Origin: a virus
DNA length: 64,000 nt
Reading direction: 5' to 3' (one strand)
IMG/VR virus record: IMGVR_UViG_3300008261_000125
Location: 31,568-95,567 of that record
Position numbers and translations under genes: made by a program. The notes beneath the pieces are model-generated. The model was not told the DNA's origin and searched no databases. It worked only from the letters and a program-made list of their open reading frames with translations. Below, one piece after another: positions 48,740 through 59,057 of this stretch (position 1 is the first letter of the stretch; each line of letters starts with the position of its first letter).

Positions 48740-49258
48740 TTATTTCTTTTTAGCTGTTTTAGCTGATTGAACAAATGCTTTAGAAGTTGGGGCACCAGCA
48801 GCTCCAGGTTTTCTCATTTTCTCCCCATAGTTAGCTTTGTTAGCTGCATCTGATGCTGCAGATCTAGCTGATTGAACAGCTCTTTCTTTTTCATAAGCTC
48901 TAACATTAGAAGGTCTTTTAGTAGCTCTAGCTGCAGCTTCCATTTTAGGTTTTATGTTAGAACCTCGTAACTCTTCAGGACTAAATTTAGATTTAGCTTG
49001 AGCCATATATTGAGCACCTGCTGTACTATCAGATACTGCTTTGCTCATTCTTGGTGATATAGGAGCTATTGGTTTTACTGGAGCTGGTGTTGTAGCCATT
49101 CCTACTTGTGCTTTTTTTAATGCAGATTTCTTGGCAAGTGAATCTCCTATAGCACGAGCTTTTTCAATTTTATTTGATGCAGCTTTAAATGCTGAATCAT
49201 AAGATGATTTCTTAACTTTTGTTGAACCACCTGTTTGTTTTTTAGCTAATTTTCTCAT
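48740..49258 (-). CDS. Lys/Ala-rich basic protein
   Basis: 172 aa, histone-H1-like composition. Confidence 0.65.
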   Translation of the reverse strand: MRKLAKKQTGGSTKVKKSSYDSAFKAASNKIEKARAIGDSLAKKSALKKAQVGMATTPAPVKPIAPISPRMSKAVSDSTAGAQYMAQAKSKFSPEELRGSNIKPKMEAAARATKRPSNVRAYEKERAVQSARSAASDAANKANYGEKMRKPGAAGAPTSKAFVQSAKTAKKK

Positions 49259-49270
49259 AATATTTTTATA

Positions 49271-49447
49271 TTAACATGATTTTTTAGAACCACCCATTTT
49301 CATTTTAGCAGGTACTGCACCTTTAGGGGGAGTATTAACTTTACCAGATGGTTTAGCTTTAATACCTTTTTGTACTTTAGCAGTACCATTAGTACCACCT
49401 TGTTTACCTGTAGGTTTAGTAACTACTTTTGCTTTTATATCTTTCAT
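49271..49447 (-). CDS. Small basic protein, 58 aa (not in ORF track)
   Basis: MKDIKAKVVTKPTGKQGG...AKMKMGGSKKSC. Confidence 0.65.
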   Translation of the reverse strand: MKDIKAKVVTKPTGKQGGTNGTAKVQKGIKAKPSGKVNTPPKGAVPAKMKMGGSKKSC

Positions 49448-49452
49448 GATTA

Positions 49453-49623
49453 TTATTTTTTTAATTTACCTGCTGGTACATTACAAGCTTCAATATTTTT
49501 TCCACCAGTATAACGAGTAGGGTTAGTTACTACAGTAACATTAGCATTTTTTCCTCCTGTGTATCTTGTAGGGTTTGTTACAACTTGAGGATAAGAGTTT
49601 GCGGTTTTCATTTGTCCAGCCAT
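49453..49623 (-). CDS. Small basic protein, 56 aa, with internal VVTNPTRYTGGKN repeat (not in ORF track)
   Basis: The peptide repeat is exact while its codons differ, which supports coding function. Confidence 0.75.
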   Translation of the reverse strand: MAGQMKTANSYPQVVTNPTRYTGGKNANVTVVTNPTRYTGGKNIEACNVPAGKLKK

Positions 49624-49642
49624 GATATTTAATTTTAATTAG

Positions 49643-50659
49643 TTATACATTCCAATATTTTTCAACCTTTTTAGTTAAGTCTAATAATAAACCATCATTA
49701 AGAGGGTTCTTTAAGAACTCAACACAATCAGCTGCATTTCTTCCCATCAAAGCACTTGAATCAGTATGGTAAATAAATCCATCAGATTTTGCTATAATAA
49801 ATTTGTAGTAAGTAGAATCTTTAACAATAGATTTCAACTTAAGTGTCTCCATATCAGATACTGCTGCATCTAAGAATAATTGAGATGCTCTTTTGATATT
49901 TGGTTCAACACCTTCTCCTCTAATAAATCTATCCATGTTGTCATATACAATATCATTAGGAGTAGATTTTTTGTATTGAACACTATTACCATCTACTACT
50001 TTAGCAACATAGAAAAGTTTGTTTTGATTTTTATCAAACAACTTAGTAAGTTCAGCAATAGCTTTATTTCTAAGTTTAGAAAGCTCAGTTTTAGTAGATA
50101 CAGTTTCAACAAATTTATCTAAGTAAAATTTAGGTGCAACAGATCTGCTTCTTGCATCTTCATAGCTTCTAGCTACTATAGAGAATCCACCATTTTCTAT
50201 TGCATATATCTTAATCAAGTCATGTGCATCTTTAGAGGGATCCAAATAAACTGGTTCATTACCACATCTAATTGTAATCTTACTCCAAAAGTCATGATTG
50301 TTAGGAGATAATAATTGAACTTTATTCCAAAAATCTTTATCATTAGGATCAATAATGTTAGCAGCTAATTCTTTTTCTAATTCAGAAACTACATTTCTAA
50401 TTTCTTTAATCTTAGCTTCTCTTTCTTCTGGATCCTTGATTAATTTAATTTCAGGTGCAAATTCATTTAGTCCTGTTAAATATCTTGTTATACCATTTCT
50501 CTCTATACAAGCTAATTGCTCTTCATGGAATACTCCATCAAATAAAGACATGTTATATTTTTCAAGACCTAAATTACTTTTGTTTGGGTCAAAGAACGGT
50601 TTGATAGTTATACTACCAGATTTTGCTGTTTCAGCTAATGATACAATTGAGTAACTCAT
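49643..50659 (-). CDS. Conserved crAss-like capsid-module protein (gene downstream of the major capsid protein)
   Basis: 338 aa; synteny. Confidence 0.55.
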   Translation of the reverse strand: MSYSIVSLAETAKSGSITIKPFFDPNKSNLGLEKYNMSLFDGVFHEEQLACIERNGITRYLTGLNEFAPEIKLIKDPEEREAKIKEIRNVVSELEKELAANIIDPNDKDFWNKVQLLSPNNHDFWSKITIRCGNEPVYLDPSKDAHDLIKIYAIENGGFSIVARSYEDARSRSVAPKFYLDKFVETVSTKTELSKLRNKAIAELTKLFDKNQNKLFYVAKVVDGNSVQYKKSTPNDIVYDNMDRFIRGEGVEPNIKRASQLFLDAAVSDMETLKLKSIVKDSTYYKFIIAKSDGFIYHTDSSALMGRNAADCVEFLKNPLNDGLLLDLTKKVEKYWNV

Positions 50660-50797
50660 GTTGGTTTATTTTTGTTGGTTTATTTATTTAATGTAAAAAT
50701 AACAATTATTGGTTAAACTTACAATTTTGCCCCACATCAGAATCATGATTTCTGTAGAAGTCTTTAACTTGCATGTGGGTGAAGGTACCTATAATTT

Positions 50798-50825
50798 AAA
50801 AGGGGGTATTTAACAACCCCCTCTT
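50798..50825 (-). terminator. Terminator-like hairpin after the major capsid gene
   Basis: Minus strand reads AGGGGGT-loop-ACCCCCT followed by TTT. Confidence 0.65.
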
Positions 50826-50837
50826 AAGGTACAAGTA

Positions 50838-52463
50838 TTAGAATGATCCACCTGTGATTGGGTTTCTCATAACAATTTTCAACACTTTGGTTGGATCTTT
50901 AACCCAAATAGCTGGCATTGTTTGTGTCATCATTACACGGTATCCATTGAAGTTACCATTAGATTGGAAACCTTGAGTTCTTCCCATGTAATCCATAGTT
51001 CCATTTTGGTAGAACCATTTCAATTGATTATCCCAAGATAATTTTAACATGTAGATGTTGTCATTACCTGTATCAGTGATATCAAAAATTACAAAGCTGT
51101 AAGAAGATAAAGGATTACCATCAATGATTGGATTCTCAATATCATTAGTATGTAAGTTATCAAAAGCTGGATTAAGAACAAACTTAACATTAGCTAAGAA
51201 AGGAATTACATAACTAGTGAAAGCAAATCCAAAATTTAAATCCATTCCTTGACCAGAGATTGCACCAATACCATTGTTAGATGCAGCTTGGATTACTAAA
51301 CCTGAGTTAACAGCTTCACGCTTGATAGCCTCATTTACTAATCTCATACCACCCATACCAGTTTGTACAATCAATTGTCTTTTTGGATCTGGACCTTGGA
51401 ACTCCACACGACCTGCATAGAAGTTATACAATTCAGATCTGAACAATTCTAAGCTGAAGCTAGATTTGTTGTATACTCTTTTGTAAGAGTTATCTAATTG
51501 TTTCCAAAGACCCACAGATAATCTCATATCATCTGGACCATCTTGCTTAATTCTACCACCATGACCCCACATTAAGTAAGTTTCAATGTCAGTAGCAATT
51601 TTAGTCAAGTGAGCTGCTTCCATGCTAGTTAAGAATGTACGAGTTAATGTACCATTTCCTACTGCTCTTTTTAAATAGTCTTTACCCATTTTAGAAGCAA
51701 CATCCTCAATTTTAGAAATTGCAGGATCAACATTTTTGTCAAAGTTTCTCCAGATTTCTGTAACAGGAACTGTTCCATCTGCATTCATACCACCTTTTAA
51801 CATTAAATCAGCTCTTGAAGAAACTGAATAATGAACATGAGCTTCAGCACCACCCACAAAGTTATAGAATTCACGGAAACCAGATCTAGTTTGAATATCT
51901 GAAAATCTTTCACCATACTCACCTCTAGCAGAACCTTTTCTGAACAATTTAGTTTGTGGTGTTAAATACTTGTTCTCTAAGAATTTGTAGTTATCATTGT
52001 TTACTAATTGAACAGTATAGATGAAACCATCACCCATAGGTAAGATATCATCAGCTGTGATGTACATCTCAACACCATTGTATTTGTCATAAGTGATGAT
52101 ATCACCATGTCCAAATTCTCTTTTGTTGATTTTAACTTTGAAAGTTGTACCATCAATACCTTTTGTAGCATTTCCTGCTTCAATATCTTCTACAATGTAA
52201 GGAAGATCTTGAGACACTGGAGTTTGCCATTTGTACTCACCACGAGCATTATCTACATTAATGATGTTCTTGCCACCAAATGAAGATAATTGGTAAAGAG
52301 GCATTTCAACCTTTTGAGACATAGCCCAGATATCTACTGGTCCTAAATCCATAGGTTCTGCATCTTTCAACATATTCACTAAGTGATAAGAATCTACATG
52401 TGAACTAGCTTGGTAGTTGGTATCACGTAGAAATATACCATTGTTTAAAACTGGAGTTGACAT
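50838..52463 (-). CDS. Major capsid protein (crAss-like, HK97 fold)
   Basis: 541 aa; order terminase-portal-acidic protein-this gene; EYKWQ and GLWKQL motifs; strong A-rich leader and downstream terminator. Confidence 0.85.
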   Translation of the reverse strand: MSTPVLNNGIFLRDTNYQASSHVDSYHLVNMLKDAEPMDLGPVDIWAMSQKVEMPLYQLSSFGGKNIINVDNARGEYKWQTPVSQDLPYIVEDIEAGNATKGIDGTTFKVKINKREFGHGDIITYDKYNGVEMYITADDILPMGDGFIYTVQLVNNDNYKFLENKYLTPQTKLFRKGSARGEYGERFSDIQTRSGFREFYNFVGGAEAHVHYSVSSRADLMLKGGMNADGTVPVTEIWRNFDKNVDPAISKIEDVASKMGKDYLKRAVGNGTLTRTFLTSMEAAHLTKIATDIETYLMWGHGGRIKQDGPDDMRLSVGLWKQLDNSYKRVYNKSSFSLELFRSELYNFYAGRVEFQGPDPKRQLIVQTGMGGMRLVNEAIKREAVNSGLVIQAASNNGIGAISGQGMDLNFGFAFTSYVIPFLANVKFVLNPAFDNLHTNDIENPIIDGNPLSSYSFVIFDITDTGNDNIYMLKLSWDNQLKWFYQNGTMDYMGRTQGFQSNGNFNGYRVMMTQTMPAIWVKDPTKVLKIVMRNPITGGSF

Positions 52464-52509
52464 TTTGTTTTGTTTTTGTTTTTAGTTGTTGTTTATAATT
52501 TATGTTAAT

Positions 52510-53766
52510 TTATCTTTTGAAAAAATTCTGAGATGGTCTAGCTATTCCTGAAGATTGTTTTTTAACTTTAGATTCAGAAGTATCATTAGACATACCAGAT
52601 GTTAATTTATTACTTTGTTCTGTTTTTAATGCTCTAACTGTTTTTTCAGTTGCTTCTTTTTTACCTATCTCTCTAACTCTTGCTTCAAAGCCTTGTTCAT
52701 CTGATAATAACCAAAGTGCTTTAGCAATTAATCCATGATTAGGTTCAACATATTGATATTTTTCTAACAAGTGCCCTAAAAGATTTGTAGGCTTTCCAGA
52801 CATTGATGGATAGTTAGCTTGAGTTAACCCAGAGAATAATTGACTTTGAGTTTTTTTATCAAGTTTTAATCCATTTAATTCACCTGGCTCTAACACTCTA
52901 TAGATATTATCAGTATATAATTGAGCTTGTTTTTGTTGTTGTTTGCGTAAGTGCTCTTGTTGTTCTAGTTGTCTAGCTACAACTTGCTCTTGCATAGCAT
53001 CTAATTTTGGTTTGAATTTTTTAGCTTTAGCTTCTAATTCATCCCTATCTTTCCATGCTTCAATTTCTTCTTCTATTTCATCAGCATCACCAAAGTTAGT
53101 TGCATGTAAATAGCTTCTAACAATTTGTTCTTGACTGTTTTCATCAGAAGTATCTAAACTTCTAATTTCTTCTGCTGCTGCTAATGATCTGAATAGAGAC
53201 TTAAGATCTTTACCACCATTTGCTACATAGTGAGCAGCAACTTGCAACTCATTAGGAAGAGCATCAAAAAATTCAGATGAAACTTGTTCTTGTAGTTTTG
53301 TTACTCTTTCATGCTCATTAGCTTCATATAACTCTTCAAAATCTTTGACAGTATATTTTTCAATATCATCATTGTCCTCAAATGGAACAATTAAACCTTT
53401 TTGAATAAGTTTATTAGTTAACTCTACAAGCCCATTAGGTCTGCCACCTTTTTTAGTAGGTCCTTCATTTTCTTCAGCTTCAGCAGTCTCATTAATAATA
53501 CTATCAATTTCAGCTGATGCTTGCTCTGCTGTTTTCTTTGGTTTAAAAGAACCTTCAGCTCCTGCAGTTTCACCTTCTGATGATTCTTCATTTTCTTCAG
53601 GATTATCAAGGAACGATAGATCTGCATCTTTTCTAGAAAAGATACTAGGTTTCTCTTCTTTTTTTGTTTCAGCAACCATGATGTTTTCAGCACCAGGTGT
53701 ACCTAATAGTTCATCAAGGTTCATTTCAACCTCTTGAACTGTTGTTGTGTCTTTATTTTCTGACAT
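52510..53766 (-). CDS. Acidic coiled-coil protein between portal and capsid genes (putative scaffold)
   Basis: 418 aa, Glu-rich; synteny. Confidence 0.6.
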   Translation of the reverse strand: MSENKDTTTVQEVEMNLDELLGTPGAENIMVAETKKEEKPSIFSRKDADLSFLDNPEENEESSEGETAGAEGSFKPKKTAEQASAEIDSIINETAEAEENEGPTKKGGRPNGLVELTNKLIQKGLIVPFEDNDDIEKYTVKDFEELYEANEHERVTKLQEQVSSEFFDALPNELQVAAHYVANGGKDLKSLFRSLAAAEEIRSLDTSDENSQEQIVRSYLHATNFGDADEIEEEIEAWKDRDELEAKAKKFKPKLDAMQEQVVARQLEQQEHLRKQQQKQAQLYTDNIYRVLEPGELNGLKLDKKTQSQLFSGLTQANYPSMSGKPTNLLGHLLEKYQYVEPNHGLIAKALWLLSDEQGFEARVREIGKKEATEKTVRALKTEQSNKLTSGMSNDTSESKVKKQSSGIARPSQNFFKR

Positions 53767-53796
53767 AAGTGTTGGTTTAATTGACTATGTTACTAA

Positions 53797-53804
53797 CAAA
53801 TTTA
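53797..53804 (-). promoter_or_regulatory. -7 element TAAATTTG
   Basis: TAnnTTTG in the intergenic region upstream of the scaffold/capsid operon. Confidence 0.55.
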
Positions 53805-53874
53805 ATAAAATAAACTTTATAAATTTAATACTAAGGGATACTATAGAATAATTTTTTCCATTATATGGCTAACT

Positions 53875-56643
53875 CTATTTCTTCTTATTATTATTTTTAG
53901 CTTTTACATCAAATTTATTTTTATTTTCTCTTGCTATATTTAAATCCATCTGCTTCATTTGCATTTGAGCTTGTATTTTCTCTCTTTCAATTTGAGCCTT
54001 TTCTCTATCATTCTCTGTTCTGTTAGACTCTTTATTGTATTGCAAATTCATGTTTTCTTTATACTGTTCAGTTTTTTGAATTTGTCCTAAAGCATCCATA
54101 TAATCAGACTGTTGGTTCTGATTAATATCTTGCATAGCACCATATCCAGCAGATTTAATTTCAGCAATAAGTATATCTTTTCTTCTATCTTTCTCAGCTT
54201 CTTGCATTTTAGTATCAAGTTCAAGTTGTTTTTCTTGAAGTCTAGTTTGCATTTCTTGCTGTTGCATTTCTTGTTCATGCTGTTGTTGTTCTTGTCTCAA
54301 CTTATCAGCTTTCTTCTCTATTCCTTTTAATGCATTAGTAAGTTCACCAATAGATTCAGTTTGGATAATATTTCCTAAATCATAAATAGATGCACCAGCA
54401 GTATTGTTAGAAATAGCTAACTGTTTCATTTGCTCTAATATAGATCTTTGATTTGCCTTAGTAGAAGAGAATATATTAAGATCTCTTAATAATAAATCAG
54501 TACCATTCATTTCAAAGTTTACTTTTTCATCAGCAGATGTCATATACTGAAGTCTTACAGATGGTTTTTTAGCTTGATAATATTGTGCTAAATCAGTTCT
54601 CATCTGGTGAACTCTTGGCATTAAGTAATCTGAATGTTGAATAAAGTAGGTTTCAGTCTGTGCATAAGATCCTGTTACAGCTTGTTCAATTCCTTTAGCA
54701 GTATCAGTTTGTCCTATTTGTTGACCTAATCTTTGAGGAGATACACCAATTACTTCAAAACATTGTTGTTTAAAGTAGTTAGCCATTTGAATCCTAGATA
54801 ACATCCTTTGAGTTTGTTCTAGGTTCATTACTTGGAAATGCTGGAAGTTTAATGCATTTTCTGTATTAGTAATAGAAGTATCCAATGGTAACATTTGGAA
54901 ATTCTTCATTGCTACATAAGCTTTGGCTAAATTGTTTTTACCCCAATCACCTCCTAAAGATTTTTGTGGTAAAGCATTTTGATCCAACATAATAACTGTA
55001 CCTAATTCATCTACTAGAATATCAGCTATCTGGTTATTAACAATGTTGTATCCAATTTGGAAAGGTTTCATTAAATCTACCATAGAAGTAGATCTTGTAT
55101 TTCTATCATTAAATACAGCACCTTCTACTGGAAGTTTACAACCATAAAGTGTACTGTCTCCTTTGAATTGAAATTTTAATGGTCCTAATTTGTTTTGATC
55201 TATACCTAAGTACATTGGGTTAATACCTCCTGGATTATTCATACCCCAGAATGATGGATGGTTAGGTCCTATTTTAATACCTCCCCAAGTTTGATTAATC
55301 CATATCCAATCAATGTGCTCACCAAATACTAAGTTATCTTTAGTTTTATTTTTAACTAAAGTTGTATCATAGATTGGTTTATCTGTTACTATATAGTCTT
55401 CTGTGATGATGTCTGTATCTACTTCACCTGTTTCACTTATCTTAGTAAGATGACCTACTTTTCTTTGTGATTTCCAGTATGCTGTAGTTACCCTTAGTAG
55501 GAAGGCTGCACCCATAGGAGCATAATCCTCATTCTCAGACATGATCCAGTTAATAATATCTCCACCATTATAAATGAAGTTATCATACATAGACACAAAC
55601 TGTCTGTATGCTAAACCTGGCATATTTGTATTCCACTCATGTGATTTAGTAGCATCATAGTAACTACCATCATTTTGATAACCTTGAAGTGGATAACCTG
55701 CAGATCTTACCGGGTAAATAGCTTCAATAGATTCTAATTGTTCTTGAGTCATTACATAACCATACTTGTCAATAACATCAGCAATGGTCATCATCTCAAT
55801 TTTACCAACCCAGTTACCTTGAGAAATATATCTAGCATCAGGAGATTTATGATAGAATGTAGTTACAGGATTCCATAATTCTACATCATAATCATCATCA
55901 TTCATTTTAAAGTGCCAGAACTCTCTATCAGTAATAAGCATATCTCTGAATCCTCTTTCCTCAAGCTCATCCATTTTAAATCTTTCTTCATCAATTTTAT
56001 ACTGATGAATAGCCCATTGTTCACACATACTTCTATAATCTTTATCAAAGAATGATTGAATCTCTGGTAAAGTTTTAAGATTTTCTGGAGACATTTGTTG
56101 TTCCATTTGTTGTTGAACTTCAGGATCATTTTGATCAAGACCTTGTTCAAGCATTTTAGCCATAAGCTTTTGTTGTGCTTTAGCTAATAATACTTCTTCA
56201 ACTTGAGATCTCTTTTGTTCTAATTGTTCATTATAAGAGAATTCATCTACAGCTTTAAATGTAATTTTAGTATTTCTTTTTGCAAACTCAGCAGTAAGGA
56301 CATTAATTACATTAGGAATGATAGGATAAAACTTTAATTCAAGAGCACTAACATCTTCTTTTGCTAGAGTGTCAACTATATCTCTCATCTCATTATCATC
56401 TTCAACAAGATAATCTGTTTTATCAATTACACCTTTAGCTAATTTGTAATTTTTCATCAACCTCCTGGCATTTCTTCTGATTTGCTTTAATCCATTCCAT
56501 TCAAGCCAATCTAAATTCCAGGCTGCCCATTCTGCATCTTTTTCACTTTTAGGTAAAAACTGGAGAGGTTGAGTAATAGAACCCATTCTATTGTACTCAG
56601 CCTTTTTTCCAGACTTCATTTGCATTGCATTTAATACTTGCAT
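53875..56643 (-). CDS. Portal protein
   Basis: 922 aa; YPIIPNVINVL..E and SMVDLMKPFQIGYNIV.NQ motifs; C-terminal coiled coil; follows the terminase. Confidence 0.88.
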   Translation of the reverse strand: MQVLNAMQMKSGKKAEYNRMGSITQPLQFLPKSEKDAEWAAWNLDWLEWNGLKQIRRNARRLMKNYKLAKGVIDKTDYLVEDDNEMRDIVDTLAKEDVSALELKFYPIIPNVINVLTAEFAKRNTKITFKAVDEFSYNEQLEQKRSQVEEVLLAKAQQKLMAKMLEQGLDQNDPEVQQQMEQQMSPENLKTLPEIQSFFDKDYRSMCEQWAIHQYKIDEERFKMDELEERGFRDMLITDREFWHFKMNDDDYDVELWNPVTTFYHKSPDARYISQGNWVGKIEMMTIADVIDKYGYVMTQEQLESIEAIYPVRSAGYPLQGYQNDGSYYDATKSHEWNTNMPGLAYRQFVSMYDNFIYNGGDIINWIMSENEDYAPMGAAFLLRVTTAYWKSQRKVGHLTKISETGEVDTDIITEDYIVTDKPIYDTTLVKNKTKDNLVFGEHIDWIWINQTWGGIKIGPNHPSFWGMNNPGGINPMYLGIDQNKLGPLKFQFKGDSTLYGCKLPVEGAVFNDRNTRSTSMVDLMKPFQIGYNIVNNQIADILVDELGTVIMLDQNALPQKSLGGDWGKNNLAKAYVAMKNFQMLPLDTSITNTENALNFQHFQVMNLEQTQRMLSRIQMANYFKQQCFEVIGVSPQRLGQQIGQTDTAKGIEQAVTGSYAQTETYFIQHSDYLMPRVHQMRTDLAQYYQAKKPSVRLQYMTSADEKVNFEMNGTDLLLRDLNIFSSTKANQRSILEQMKQLAISNNTAGASIYDLGNIIQTESIGELTNALKGIEKKADKLRQEQQQHEQEMQQQEMQTRLQEKQLELDTKMQEAEKDRRKDILIAEIKSAGYGAMQDINQNQQSDYMDALGQIQKTEQYKENMNLQYNKESNRTENDREKAQIEREKIQAQMQMKQMDLNIARENKNKFDVKAKNNNKKK

Positions 56644-56650
56644 ATCTTTT

Positions 56651-58852
56651 TTATCTTAAATTTTTAAATGGTGATCTTGGTACTCTATAAGAAGAATCCC
56701 AATTACTTTTACCCATATGTCTAAAAGGACTATTAGTAAATTTATATAAATCTTGTGAATTATCCAAAGATTTTTTATCTGTCTTATCTATTCTCTTTTT
56801 GATACCTCTATTGGCTTCCTGCACTTTAGCAAAAGCTATAAGAGCCCCCAATGCAACTAGTCTATCCACATTCATTCCTTCTCTGTATTGTTGCATTTCT
56901 ATCATTGCCATTATATCAGGAATCCTTTCAATACCATACTTAATTCTTACAACTACACCATCTTCTTTTTCAACTCTGTCCAGTTCTTCTTTACAGTAAT
57001 CAATTAAGTAATTTAGAATGTAAGTTTTAAATATAGTACCACTATTTCTCCAACCATATTCAGTATATCCTCCTATAGAGTTTTCTATATCTTTTCTAAA
57101 TATAATTTGATCTTTAGGAACAAGGTACTTTTGTTTTCTTTTTTTAATCATATGTGTTAGAAAGCCTGGTACATTGTTCTCAACAATAGTCCAAGCATTA
57201 TACCACTCTATGAGTAACTCTAATCTTTCATGTGTTTTATTAATATCATCAAACCTTCCACACCAGCTTGCTACAATTCTATCTTCTTCAATATAAGTAG
57301 TTACTTCACCACCATCAATCTTAGTTACTTCTACTGGAATTTTATACACATAAATAGAACATAAAGATTCTGATGTAGTTGTTTTACCCTGAGCTACTGG
57401 ATCTATAGAGGCATAATATGTTCCCCAACTAGCATTTTTATCTGGTCTTTCATAAACAACAATAACACCTGTTTTATCTTCAGTGTTTTTAGTTATAGGA
57501 AATTCACTAATAGGAATCTTATTACTCTTTTCTACATTCCATGTAGCATCTGCATTTCTTGATAAATTAATAAATTCAGTTACATATTCCTTTTCTTCAA
57601 TTCTTCTTTTCTGAGCAGCAACTAAATGACTAGGAAATATAGAAACAGATCTTGTAGCAAATGCTTCTTCAATATTTCTAGGATGCTGTGATAACTCTAA
57701 CTGGAAAAGCTCTGGAGATAAATCCTTTTTCTTTTTATCAAAGTATTCATCTAGCATTTTTAGAGCTTCCTCTACTAATGAGTTACCATACTTATCTACA
57801 CAAGGAGGCATTGACCATTGTTCAGGAATAAATAATCCTGATTTACCATGAGTATTTTTATTGTCTAATAGATTAGATTCAACATAAAAAATATCATTAG
57901 CTTCTGGATGAAGTATCATTTCTCTTAATGGTTCACATTGATCTAAATCACCCACTGATCCAGCAGCAATAAAAGTACCTGTTGTAATCATACCTGATTT
58001 AAGTGCAGGCTTCATGTATCCAAATGTGTTATCCATCTTTGGAGCAATTCCTGCCTCCTCATGGAAGAAGTAAGTACATGGTCCCCCTACACCAGCAGTA
58101 GGATCTTTTTCAAATGATGTTCCTTTAAGAACTCCTTTCAAACCTTTGTTAGTTTTTCTGTTTTGACCTGGGACTGAAGTCTCAATTTGCTGTTGCCAGT
58201 CAAGGACTTTACCTGGGTTCATTGGTCTATACCAAGCAGTATTATCATCTAAGAAGTTTCTATATTCATTTAAGAATCTCCATGTATCATTAACATAAGT
58301 CTTAAGACTTGCACCTATTTTTAAGATAGGAGTTTCTTCAAACCAAATACAGTTTATAAGTTTAGCTGCATGGAAATAAGAAGAGGCTATCTGCCTTTTC
58401 TTTAATACAGCTGCATGTTTATAGAATAACTCTGCTAAAACTTCATATAATGCTAAATGGTATTGAGCATCTCTTATATCTGGGAAGGAGAATCTTCTTA
58501 TCTCTTTATTATTAATTGGTAGGAAGTTCAACCACATGTAGTACTCTCTAGTTAGATACCAACACTTTTCCCCATTCTTAAAAATAACTCCCTTTCTACA
58601 TCTTGTTTTTTGTTCATCCCAGTATGTTATATAGTCTTTACTTTTAACTGGAGCTGCTACATAGTAACCATTTTTATTATACTTTGAAGCCTCTTCATTA
58701 AATACAAATGAAGTCTCATCAAATTCATACTTACCTGGTTCTTTAAATATAGACAATACAAAATCTCTAAACTCACTTCTGGTATCAAAACTAGTTGTTG
58801 TCCAAGTACCATTGTCCCAAGTAGGAATATCAGTATAAAAAAATTTATCCAT
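56651..58852 (-). CDS. terL: Terminase large subunit
   Basis: Walker-A-like LKKRQIASSY, Walker-B-like FFHEEAG, RNase H-like YYASIDPV, IVENN and DRLVA motifs. Confidence 0.92.
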   Translation of the reverse strand: MDKFFYTDIPTWDNGTWTTTSFDTRSEFRDFVLSIFKEPGKYEFDETSFVFNEEASKYNKNGYYVAAPVKSKDYITYWDEQKTRCRKGVIFKNGEKCWYLTREYYMWLNFLPINNKEIRRFSFPDIRDAQYHLALYEVLAELFYKHAAVLKKRQIASSYFHAAKLINCIWFEETPILKIGASLKTYVNDTWRFLNEYRNFLDDNTAWYRPMNPGKVLDWQQQIETSVPGQNRKTNKGLKGVLKGTSFEKDPTAGVGGPCTYFFHEEAGIAPKMDNTFGYMKPALKSGMITTGTFIAAGSVGDLDQCEPLREMILHPEANDIFYVESNLLDNKNTHGKSGLFIPEQWSMPPCVDKYGNSLVEEALKMLDEYFDKKKKDLSPELFQLELSQHPRNIEEAFATRSVSIFPSHLVAAQKRRIEEKEYVTEFINLSRNADATWNVEKSNKIPISEFPITKNTEDKTGVIVVYERPDKNASWGTYYASIDPVAQGKTTTSESLCSIYVYKIPVEVTKIDGGEVTTYIEEDRIVASWCGRFDDINKTHERLELLIEWYNAWTIVENNVPGFLTHMIKKRKQKYLVPKDQIIFRKDIENSIGGYTEYGWRNSGTIFKTYILNYLIDYCKEELDRVEKEDGVVVRIKYGIERIPDIMAMIEMQQYREGMNVDRLVALGALIAFAKVQEANRGIKKRIDKTDKKSLDNSQDLYKFTNSPFRHMGKSNWDSSYRVPRSPFKNLR

Positions 58853-59057
58853 TTTTTAATAGCTTTTTAATTTTAGCTTCATCACCATCAGTTCTTTGTA
58901 TAACATCAACTAATGTACTGTGATTTTTTGAAGTCAAAACATTTTGTAATTCTCCATTAAAATATTTGCTTGCATCTTCTCTTTTAAATGCAGCCCAACT
59001 TTTAATATGATAGTTATAATGAAATAACCAATTGTATAAAATATTATCATTGATCAT
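58845..59057 (-). CDS. Hypothetical protein
   Basis: 70 aa, overlapping both neighbours by a few bases. Confidence 0.65.
   Translation of the reverse strand: MINDNILYNWLFHYNYHIKSWAAFKREDASKYFNGELQNVLTSKNHSTLVDVIQRTDGDEAKIKKLLKNG

Noticed and set aside
50731-50779. tRNA gene
   Set aside because: Only 49 nt with two arms, no TTC T-loop signature and no anticodon arm; kept only as a structured-element finding.
50838-58852. Inteins or introns in terminase, portal or capsid genes
   Set aside because: The ORFs are uninterrupted and I saw no intein-like insertions or terminal motifs.
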